Below, one piece after another: positions 10,343 through 18,117 of a stretch of 64,000 bases of DNA. This stretch comes from Rhizobiaceae bacterium (GTDB lineage Bacteria > Pseudomonadota > Alphaproteobacteria > Rhizobiales > Rhizobiaceae): assembly GCA_028281105.1 (NCBI GenBank), contig JANQKQ010000067.1, positions 3,200-67,199 on the forward strand, written 5' to 3'. A program made the translations under genes and the position numbers. How positions within the stretch are numbered: the stretch's first letter is position 1; the number at the start of each line of letters is the position of its first letter. The notes beneath the pieces are model-generated. The model worked only from the letters and a program-made list of their open reading frames with translations, was not told the origin of the DNA and made no database searches.

Positions 10343-10477
10343 TTCCACCGCCGGGTTTTAGCTCGTACTCGCTTCAAATCCCGCCGAGGCCTTCCTATAT
10401 TCGGGCCACGTTCGGCGGCCGCTGAGGGGACGTTCAAGCGCGCCCGCCATCATCGCAAAGCAGGAGGACGACACCCT

Positions 10478-11563
10478 ATGGCGACGTTGCAGGAGTTTGA
10501 TTCGCAGATCGAGCAGACCCGGCAGACGGTCGAGGACATGCGCGACAAGCTGGAGAAAAGCGGCGTCATTCTGGACAAGCTTGCCGAGACCGAGACCATC
10601 GGCGAAATCGACTTCGACATCGAAAACGCCCGCATCAGGGATGTGCTCGCCCAGCAGAAGACGATGGAGGCCAACATCGCCGATCTGATCATCGGCCTTG
10701 AAGACGCCACCAACGTGTTCGGCGCCGAGTTCGAGAGCATGAAGAGCTATTCGGGCTGGGAGAAGTTCATCGGCGTCTTCTCCAAGGAACGCATGCAGCG
10801 CATGCGTTCGGATCGGGTGCGCAACATGTCGCTCGCCGGCAATCTGCAGGAGTTGCTCGCCAAGTCGGACACCATCGTCGGTATTCTCAAGGCCCAGAAG
10901 GATGCGCTGGATTCGCGTTACGCCGCCTCCGAAGCCAGCCTGCGCAAGGTGATCGACCGGCGCACGGCGACGATGAGCGAGTTGGAGGAGGTGCAAAAGC
11001 GCATCGAGGAGCTGAACCCGATGCTGCTCGATCTGGAGAACCAAATCTCGGCAGCGACCAAGCAGAAGAAGCGCGCCGAACTGGAGGGGCAGCGCTCGGA
11101 ACTGGCCACCGAGTACAACCAGAGTCAGGCGCGCGAGCAGGAGCTGCTGGCCGAGAGCCAGACCCTAGAGCGCTACACCTCGATGTTCCAGACCTTCGTC
11201 GATTCGCTCAACAACCAGCTCGCCGCCCAGCAGACACTGATCAACAAGCTGACCATCGACACCGAGCAGCGGGTCGTTCTGTACAAGGCACTGGAAGATT
11301 CGCTGAAAACCGCCGCCCAACAGGACGTGGCCCACAAGATCAACACGCTGGGCAACCGGGTCGACACCGCGGCCGAGGAGACCATGGCGGGCATCGGCGC
11401 CGCCGCCCAGTCGCATATCGGCGATCTTCTGGAAATGCATGAAAAAAACATGGCCTCGACCAAGGACATCCAGCGGCGCAAGAAGCTCGCCGACGAGGCG
11501 TTCGCCCGCCGGTTCGAAGAGGTGATGGCCAAGCACAACTCGGCCAACTATGTCACCGGCTAG
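10478..11563 (+). CDS. Long coiled-coil protein of unknown function (361 aa), first gene of the AAA module
   Basis: ATG 10478 lies 9 nt after AGGAGGA. The sequence is almost entirely heptad-like, charged and helical (…ELEEVQKRIEELNPMLLDLENQISAATKQKKRAELEGQRSELATEYNQSQAREQELLAESQTLERY…). No TM segment or signal peptide. Confidence 0.8.
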   Translation: MATLQEFDSQIEQTRQTVEDMRDKLEKSGVILDKLAETETIGEIDFDIENARIRDVLAQQKTMEANIADLIIGLEDATNVFGAEFESMKSYSGWEKFIGVFSKERMQRMRSDRVRNMSLAGNLQELLAKSDTIVGILKAQKDALDSRYAASEASLRKVIDRRTATMSELEEVQKRIEELNPMLLDLENQISAATKQKKRAELEGQRSELATEYNQSQAREQELLAESQTLERYTSMFQTFVDSLNNQLAAQQTLINKLTIDTEQRVVLYKALEDSLKTAAQQDVAHKINTLGNRVDTAAEETMAGIGAAAQSHIGDLLEMHEKNMASTKDIQRRKKLADEAFARRFEEVMAKHNSANYVTG

Positions 11564-11600
11564 GACGGGCCGATGCGCGCGATAGACGGAGTGCGGGCGG

Positions 11601-12746
11601 TTGCACGCTGACGTGACGGCGGCAGGGCGCTACTTTCGCGCCATCGATCGCGCATTCGACGGGCTCGATACCTTTCTGCGCGAGGACGATTCCCCGCTCT
11701 ACAAGCACGACGTGATCGGCGCGGTGGTCTCCAACTATCTGAAGCGCCTGCGGGGTTCCTTCGAAAGCTGGCACGACCGCATCTCGTTTGCCGAACGGTT
11801 CCGCATCTCCCAGGCCGAAAGCGGCTTCCCCGCCTTTCAGCACGTGCTCGACCTCGACAACGACCGTAAGACGGCAAAGTCGCGGCTCGCCTCGATGCCG
11901 GATGAGGAGACCATCCGCGAAGAGATGGTCGATTTCATTCTGCGCAAGAAGGCGTTTCCCGGCGCGCTGCAGAAGACGATGGCGGAGCGGCGCTATCTGG
12001 AGACGGTGCTGGACGGCAGGCATTTCGGCCCGTTCGTGCTGCCGCGCACCATCCGGGTTTCGGTCAATCCGAAGACGAAACGGCCTTACTACATCGTTCA
12101 CTGGGGCTATTACGACGGTTCGGCCAACCTGCCCCTGGTCTATATGGCGTCGGTGGAGGATTCATCGGAAGACCTGGTCAAGACCCTGGTCACCAAGAAG
12201 GGCAAGCTCAACCGGAAGGTCGACATCCCGCTGCCGGTGGAAGGCCTGCTCAATCCGGCGCTGGCGCATCAGTTCGACGATTTCTGCGAGAAAAACTCAG
12301 CCTACTCGCTGACGCTCGCGACCATCGCCACCAACATGGACAAAGACTTCGACCGGTTGCATCCCAAGCAACTGCGCCGCTTCGTGCTGGGGCCGTTCTA
12401 CCACGCCGGGATCACCGAGCACGGGCACACGGTCGACAAGATCCTGGCCAAGATCAAGCGAAGCGACGATGCCTGGCTGCTCACCTGGACGCTGCAGGAA
12501 ATCTACTCGACGAGCGAGACCCCGGCCAAATGGGGCTTGTGGGGCGGCCAGCCCGCGCGCGATGAATATCACATCAACACCGACGATCTCGACTGCGCGC
12601 GCCAGGGTGTGAGCGCCTTTCAGCGCCATGCGCTGGTGCCGCACGAGGCCTACCAGGCGATCTACGCCGCCGGCCAGGCCGACGAGGTGTTTGACGGCTA
12701 CCACAAGCACATCATCTCCGGCGGTGAAGTGTTGCGGGATATGTGA
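11601..12746 (+). CDS. Orphan protein (381 aa), second gene of the AAA module
   Basis: ORF 11601..12746 with a TTG start (GTG 13 nt downstream is the alternative), 37 nt after the previous stop. No recognisable motif by eye. Confidence 0.65.
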   Translation: MHADVTAAGRYFRAIDRAFDGLDTFLREDDSPLYKHDVIGAVVSNYLKRLRGSFESWHDRISFAERFRISQAESGFPAFQHVLDLDNDRKTAKSRLASMPDEETIREEMVDFILRKKAFPGALQKTMAERRYLETVLDGRHFGPFVLPRTIRVSVNPKTKRPYYIVHWGYYDGSANLPLVYMASVEDSSEDLVKTLVTKKGKLNRKVDIPLPVEGLLNPALAHQFDDFCEKNSAYSLTLATIATNMDKDFDRLHPKQLRRFVLGPFYHAGITEHGHTVDKILAKIKRSDDAWLLTWTLQEIYSTSETPAKWGLWGGQPARDEYHINTDDLDCARQGVSAFQRHALVPHEAYQAIYAAGQADEVFDGYHKHIISGGEVLRDM

Positions 12747-12768
12747 GCGGCAAAATGCGGAAGACGCC

Positions 12769-14679
12769 ATGGACATCGGACTGACCACCCTACCCGAAGG
12801 CGACATCGCCAAGCATCTGGCCACTGCGCAAAGCCTGGTGACCCGTCTGGTGGTGCTGGAAGCGTCTAAGGGCAAGTCGCAGACCGAGCTGGCCGGCACA
12901 AGACGGCGGTTCGTCTCGACCGTGTCGACCGCCGGCGCGCGGTCCTCGCGCGAGGTGGAACTGGCCAAGACCCTGGCGGCGGTGAACCCCGACGATGCGA
13001 TGCTGTCGCCGGTCCAGCACGCGGTGCTGTTCAAGACGCGCCGGGCGCTGGCGGTGGCTCTGTCCGTGGGCGATCTGTTCGCGCGGCAAACCGGGCTCGA
13101 TGCGCTGAAAGACCGCAACGCCGCCTCGACCCTGGAAGGGGATACGGCCGACCGGTTCCGCGCTCTGCTGGAGGCGAGCGCCTATGTGGCCGCGTTCACG
13201 GCGGCCGCCTATCTCAAGCAGATGATAGAGGCGGGCGGCGAGGCGCCGGGCGATGTTTCACCGCCCAGCTGGAACTTCGACACCCCGCACGATGCGCTCA
13301 AGACCCTGGTCGCCGGGCTGGAGGCGGCGGTCGAAGGCGCGCCGGACGATCCCGCCCTGCAGGCCCGGGTGAGCGCCTTCGTCGGCGAGGCGATCGAGGA
13401 TCTGTTGTCGCGCAAGTCCCGGTTCTCGGCGCTGGGTGGGTTCGAAGAGACCCATCTGCGGCTCGATGCCGACGGGTTCGAGCTCAACGGCTTCGACGTG
13501 GCGCCGGGCGCGAAATCCAAACCGTTGGTGATGACGTTCAAGCAGCCGAACGAGATCATCGGCAACCACATCGCCAAATACCAGGCGATGAAGCTGGCCA
13601 AGATGCTGATGGCCTACGACTTCGACCGGCAGATGAACCCATTCGTGGAGCTTGGCGGCTTCCTGTTCACCTTCATCGGCGACGGCGCGCCCGGAACGGG
13701 AAAGACCATCCTGATCCAGATGATCGCGGGGATGATCCACGACTACTGCCAGGTGGCCGGCTACGGCTTTACCTACGAGAATTTCGGCGTCGACCAGATT
13801 TCGTCGTATCAGGGCAAGTCGGGGCAGAACTGCAAGCAGTTCATCTCAAACGTGCTCAACCCGCGCACGATCGGTTTCGGCACCGTCGACGACATCGACC
13901 AGGTCGCCGCCAAGCGCTCCGACGACCGCGCCTCGGCCGGCCAGCAGGAGGTGACCGCGGTGCTGATGGAGAGCTTCGCCGGCGCCACCACAGTGGTGCG
14001 CGGCAACTGCTCATTCGGCATGTTTTCGAACTATCCCGAAAACGTCGACGACGCCCTGCGCCAGCGCGCCGGCGCGCGCTGGCTCGTTGACGGGCCACAG
14101 ACCCGCGATGACTATATCGACATCTTCGTGCTGCTGGCCGGCGACAACCACGCCATCAAGCTCGGCAAGCATGACCTGTATGAAGCGCAGGCGATCAAGC
14201 GGGCGGTGGCGGCCGCGTATGAAGGCCACGACGAACCGGACGAGGAAGGGCTGGCCGCAGTCTACGATCGGGTCGTCGCCGAGCACGGCAAGTTCAAGAC
14301 CATGGCCGACATCGGCACCTATCTGCACCAGATCAAACTGGCCGAGCCGCGCTTCACCGGCCGGGCCATCAAGAACATCACCGACGCGATCAAGATGCGC
14401 GCAATGGACGTCGAGTTACCCGACGAATGGTTCGAGACGCCGGAAGCGTTCATGCACAAGTCCTATGACGACAAGAAAGCGATGATCGAGGAACTGCGCG
14501 GGCCGTTCACCATCGAAATGGTGATCCAGGAGATCAACCGCTACGCCGATTCCGAGTTCCGCTACACCGACCGCGCCGACGAGGCGGCGGTCGACGAAAT
14601 TATCCACCGGGAACGGCAGCGGGAGAAGGCGGTGGAGAGGATCGGCAGGATGAAGGAAGATGGCAGTTGGAGCGGGTAG
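12769..14679 (+). CDS. Classical-clade AAA ATPase with long helical N-terminal domain (636 aa)
   Basis: ORF 12628..14679, start set to ATG 12769 (MDIGLTTLPEG). Walker A GDGAPGTGKT (13678-13707). Walker B GTVDD (DD at 13888-13893). SRH-like NVDDALRQRAGARWLVDGP. The core aligns motif by motif with Vps4/FtsH-type AAA domains. Confidence 0.85.
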   Translation: MDIGLTTLPEGDIAKHLATAQSLVTRLVVLEASKGKSQTELAGTRRRFVSTVSTAGARSSREVELAKTLAAVNPDDAMLSPVQHAVLFKTRRALAVALSVGDLFARQTGLDALKDRNAASTLEGDTADRFRALLEASAYVAAFTAAAYLKQMIEAGGEAPGDVSPPSWNFDTPHDALKTLVAGLEAAVEGAPDDPALQARVSAFVGEAIEDLLSRKSRFSALGGFEETHLRLDADGFELNGFDVAPGAKSKPLVMTFKQPNEIIGNHIAKYQAMKLAKMLMAYDFDRQMNPFVELGGFLFTFIGDGAPGTGKTILIQMIAGMIHDYCQVAGYGFTYENFGVDQISSYQGKSGQNCKQFISNVLNPRTIGFGTVDDIDQVAAKRSDDRASAGQQEVTAVLMESFAGATTVVRGNCSFGMFSNYPENVDDALRQRAGARWLVDGPQTRDDYIDIFVLLAGDNHAIKLGKHDLYEAQAIKRAVAAAYEGHDEPDEEGLAAVYDRVVAEHGKFKTMADIGTYLHQIKLAEPRFTGRAIKNITDAIKMRAMDVELPDEWFETPEAFMHKSYDDKKAMIEELRGPFTIEMVIQEINRYADSEFRYTDRADEAAVDEIIHRERQREKAVERIGRMKEDGSWSG

Positions 14680-14746
14680 TGGGCGACGCCGTCGGGCGGG
14701 TTTTCCGGCAGTCGGCCCAGCCTTTGCCGTTCCGTCGACCTGAGAC

Positions 14747-15457
14747 TCAGGCCGGAATCTTCCTGAAATGCGCGTTCGGGCTTCGAGCGAATGAGCTCAG
14801 GATGAACCAGCGCGTCACGGTTTTCTCCAGCACGGGATTGCCGATCAGCTGAATCCCGTCCGCGTCGATCTCGGCCTGCAGCGGCGTATGGCCCATATAG
14901 GCCGAGACCATGGCGCGCAGATCGCAGATCACGAACAGGTCCACATCGAAGCCGGGATCGATGTAGCACACGTCCACCTGGGCGCCGGGCTTGGAGATGG
15001 TCCAGAAGTTCTGCGGTGCCTTGTCCGGCTCGTTGAAGATGAATTGCATGACGATGCGTCTGGGCGGCAGTTCCTCGGGAAGGATGCAGCGCCGCAGGTT
15101 CCACATCAGGCAACTGGCATCCAGACGGCAAAGCGCGTCTTCCGACGTGGTGTTCTTATAGGCCCAGTCGCCCAGGGCCTGAATGATCGGCTCCAGTTCG
15201 ACGGCCATCTGCGTTCGCAAATAGTCTATCGAACCGGAGTTCGGATCCTCGACCCGCTCGATCAACCCGTGGGCTTCCAGTTCCTTGAGCCGCTTGGTGA
15301 GCAACGTCGGCGAGATGCCGGGAACACCGCGACGAATATCGTTGAACCGGCTCGATCCCCACCACATCTCGGTGAGGATCAACAGGGTCCAGCGGGGTTC
15401 GAGTATCTCGCAAGCCTTGGTGACCGGGCAGAACAGCGCGAACTTGTTGATCGGCAT
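14747..15457 (-). CDS. HxlR-family transcriptional regulator with C-terminal extension
   Basis: CPVTKACEILEPRWTLLILTEMWWGSSRFNDIRRGVPGISPTLLTKRLKELEAHGLIER is the HxlR winged-helix signature. GGAGG precedes ATG 15457. Confidence 0.85.
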   Translation of the reverse strand: MPINKFALFCPVTKACEILEPRWTLLILTEMWWGSSRFNDIRRGVPGISPTLLTKRLKELEAHGLIERVEDPNSGSIDYLRTQMAVELEPIIQALGDWAYKNTTSEDALCRLDASCLMWNLRRCILPEELPPRRIVMQFIFNEPDKAPQNFWTISKPGAQVDVCYIDPGFDVDLFVICDLRAMVSAYMGHTPLQAEIDADGIQLIGNPVLEKTVTRWFILSSFARSPNAHFRKIPA

Positions 15458-15500
15458 GGCAAACCTCCAGCCGCCATGATGGAGAATGCGGGCGAATTAT

Positions 15501-15521
15501 CCAGTACAGATTTTGTACCGG
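15501..15521. promoter_or_regulatory. 21-bp imperfect palindrome in the HxlR divergent intergenic region (candidate operator)
   Basis: CCAGTACAgatttTGTACCGG, 8 of 10 arm positions complementary. Lies between the divergent genes at 15457 and 15618. Confidence 0.3.
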
Positions 15522-15617
15522 GCGCAATCCATCTCCTACACTGGCTGGCGCCCGGCGTCTGGTGGGACGCTTGCGGGGGTTCCCTGAGAACCGAATTCCA
15601 GCAAGCGGAGAAAACTG

Positions 15618-15932
15618 ATGATGATCGCACGTTGGAGCGTTGAAGCCCGGTTTGGACACAAATCCCAGGCCATCGACCTGCTACAGCAATGGTACCAAGA
15701 GATCGGCAGCCAGACGGATATCGATCTGGCCACCAAACGCATCATCACCGGATCGGTGGGCGCCGGCGAGGCGGTGATCGAGACCGAGTTCGAAATCGGC
15801 GGGCTTGGCGAGCTCCAGGATTTCTTCAACAAGATCGGCTCGATCAAGATGCACGAGGACTGGGGGCCGAAGATGGGCGAAGTCATCGTCTCTGGCTCGG
15901 CGGTCTGGCACGTCTACCGGATAATCGCGTAG
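15618..15932 (+). CDS. Small hypothetical protein (104 aa) divergent from the HxlR gene
   Basis: ORF with GGAGAAA upstream of ATG 15618. No family recognised. Confidence 0.55.
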   Translation: MMIARWSVEARFGHKSQAIDLLQQWYQEIGSQTDIDLATKRIITGSVGAGEAVIETEFEIGGLGELQDFFNKIGSIKMHEDWGPKMGEVIVSGSAVWHVYRIIA

Positions 15933-16058
15933 AGCGCCCAGGGGCTCGGCTGGCGCCGTGGCCGGCCGGCACTTACATCCAATCGGCGCCCGGTGCAGTG
16001 TCGGGTGATTATCAGCGTACATGCTTGCGTCGTTGAACTTCGTGCCCGCGATACCTAT

Positions 16059-16083
16059 ATTAAGCTAGCTTAGCTAGCTTAAT
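16059..16083. promoter_or_regulatory. 25-bp perfect palindrome, probable antitoxin/TA-complex operator
   Basis: ATTAAGCTAGCT-T-AGCTAGCTTAAT, 12-bp arms around one central base, ending 13 nt before the antitoxin ATG. Confidence 0.6.
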
Positions 16084-16096
16084 TGGATAGCTTTCT

Positions 16097-16345
16097 ATGA
16101 CCGTTCATACCTTCGGCACCTTCGACGCCAAGAACAAGCTCAGCCATCTGCTCGATCTGGTCGAGGCGGGAGATGAGGTCATCATCACCCGCAACGGCAA
16201 GCCGGTGGCGCGGCTCGTGGCGGATGTCGCGCGGGACGTCGAGCGGGCGCGCAAGGCGGTCGAATGGATCAAGGCCAACCGCTCGGCAAACAGCCTCGGC
16301 GACGACACGATCAAGGGCTTGATTGAGGCGGGGCGGCGATATTGA
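16097..16345 (+). CDS. Type II antitoxin, Phd/YefM family
   Basis: MTVHTFGTFDAKNKLSHLLDLVEAGDEVIITRNGKPVARLV is a typical Phd/YefM N-terminus. 4-nt TTGA overlap with the downstream PIN gene. Confidence 0.85.
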   Translation: MTVHTFGTFDAKNKLSHLLDLVEAGDEVIITRNGKPVARLVADVARDVERARKAVEWIKANRSANSLGDDTIKGLIEAGRRY

Positions 16346-16755
16346 GCATTGTGGTCGACGCTTCCATCGTCCTCGCCTTTCATTTCGAGGACGAAAGCAG
16401 TGTGACGGCCGACCGCGTGTTCGAAATGCTGCTGAGCCACGAAGCTCTGGTTCCAGTCCATTGGCACGCCGAGGTGGCCAACGGATTCGCGATCGCGGTA
16501 CGGCGCAATCGGATGACGCGTGAATTTCGCACCGGCGCTTTAAATCGCCTGGGGGGCCTTCGGTTCGTCGTTGACGAAACAAGTCGCAGTGCGCTGTGGT
16601 CTGACACGATCGAGATTTGCGACCGCCATGCCCTGACAGCCTATGACGCCGCCTATCTTGAGCTCGCCTTGCGCAAGCACCTGCCACTCGCCACGCTGGA
16701 CAAGTCGTTGGCGAGCGCGGCCGTCGCGGAAGGCGCTGATGTTTTCAACGGATAG
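16342..16755 (+). CDS. vapC: PIN-domain toxin VapC
   Basis: IVVDASIVLAFHFEDE ... TAYDAAYLELALRKHLPLATLDKSL carries the conserved PIN acidic residues (D near the N-terminus, E, D, D). TTG start. Confidence 0.85.
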   Translation: MSIVVDASIVLAFHFEDESSVTADRVFEMLLSHEALVPVHWHAEVANGFAIAVRRNRMTREFRTGALNRLGGLRFVVDETSRSALWSDTIEICDRHALTAYDAAYLELALRKHLPLATLDKSLASAAVAEGADVFNG

Positions 16756-16758
16756 CCC

Positions 16759-18030
16759 ATGCATCGCCTGATCGACAACGAGCTCATCTTCGGCACGCTG
16801 ATGAGCGTCTCCGAGCCGCATCTGGTGGCCCGCTACAACCAGGCGCTGGCCGGTTTCGGCCTGTCGGCCACCAAGCGTGACGAATTCACGATCGACATGA
16901 CCGGGTTCTCGCCGCAGATCGCCGAGGAGTTGGGTGATCCGCAATATCTCGATCCCGCGGGCATCAACCGGCGTTTTATCATACTCACGCCGGACCAGGC
17001 GGAGCTGCCGGTGGTGCATACGCAGTTCTCCAATACCGAGGATTTAATGGCGGCGTTCTTCGAGCACAACCGGCGCGCGCTCCACGCGCTCACCATCAAG
17101 GACGTGGTCTATGGCGAGATCGAGGATTCGATCTTCCAGGCGCACGATATCGAAGACCTGCTGGCGATCGAGCAAGTCGAGTTCAAGGTATCGACCGTGA
17201 CCGATCTGCTGGGGCGCACCGGCGAACTCAAGACCTTGATCGAGCGGCTCACCAAAGAGCCGGATGCGTGGCGCGAAGACGCTCTGCTCGAACGTATGGT
17301 CGAATGTGCCAAGGTCACCGGAGACATCCGCACCAACGAGCTGGTCCCCGATCAGGTGCTGTTCCGCCACAATACGTTCTGGACCGGGCATTTTGGCGGC
17401 GTCTACGTGTTCATCGACGAGACGGCCACCACGGTGATCGCCGATCCCGCCGCCCCCGGCTTCCGCCGTTCGCGTCCCTGGCAGGTCGCCTATATCGACA
17501 TTGGCGACAAAGGGGCGGTCTATCGGTTCCTGGCGCAGACCGGCCGCATCGATCCGCCGCGCGGTTCGTGGATTGAGCGCACCGGCCTGCTCGAACTGCG
17601 CGCGAAGCGGGCCGCGACCTGGCTTGCCATGCGCGACCGCCCGCCAGAAGAAAAGATCGACGAACGATGGCTCAAGTCATGGATCGGCGCCAATTCGCGA
17701 GCGATCGAAGACGATGGCACCATTCCGCTGATCAACTGGGTCAACCGACAGGTGACGAACTGGTCCAGTATCGACATGAACGAAATTCATCCCGACCACC
17801 GGTTTGCGCTGTGCCGCGCCAACCCCGAGCACGCCGATCACTATCTGGTCAACCGGCTGATAAGCGAGTATCTGCCATTCGATCACATGACCCGCTATAT
17901 CTATCACAAGCAGGGCTTCTATCGTGACTACGAGAACTGGCCGGAAGTCTATCGCGACCATGTGGTAGGCGACATCGCCAGACACTATATGAGCGATCGG
18001 CGGGGCTATCGCCAGCAGCTCTATCACTAG
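16759..18030 (+). CDS. Orphan protein (423 aa), fourth gene of the AAA module
   Basis: ATG 16759 lies only 3 nt after the vapC stop. No recognisable motif. Native-looking composition. Confidence 0.7.
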   Translation: MHRLIDNELIFGTLMSVSEPHLVARYNQALAGFGLSATKRDEFTIDMTGFSPQIAEELGDPQYLDPAGINRRFIILTPDQAELPVVHTQFSNTEDLMAAFFEHNRRALHALTIKDVVYGEIEDSIFQAHDIEDLLAIEQVEFKVSTVTDLLGRTGELKTLIERLTKEPDAWREDALLERMVECAKVTGDIRTNELVPDQVLFRHNTFWTGHFGGVYVFIDETATTVIADPAAPGFRRSRPWQVAYIDIGDKGAVYRFLAQTGRIDPPRGSWIERTGLLELRAKRAATWLAMRDRPPEEKIDERWLKSWIGANSRAIEDDGTIPLINWVNRQVTNWSSIDMNEIHPDHRFALCRANPEHADHYLVNRLISEYLPFDHMTRYIYHKQGFYRDYENWPEVYRDHVVGDIARHYMSDRRGYRQQLYH

Positions 18031-18117
18031 AGCAATTTCGATTTTGACGGAATCGGCGAAATCGAAATGCGCGATAGCAGCCAATGATCTGCTGTTACTG
18101 GCCGTTTACACCCAACG

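Noticed and set aside
12628-12768. Upstream extension of the AAA ATPase ORF, overlapping the previous gene by about 120 nt
   Set aside because: The extension is Arg/Pro/Thr-rich junk overlapping the well-behaved end of the preceding gene. ATG 12769 gives a sensible N-terminus 22 nt after the upstream stop.
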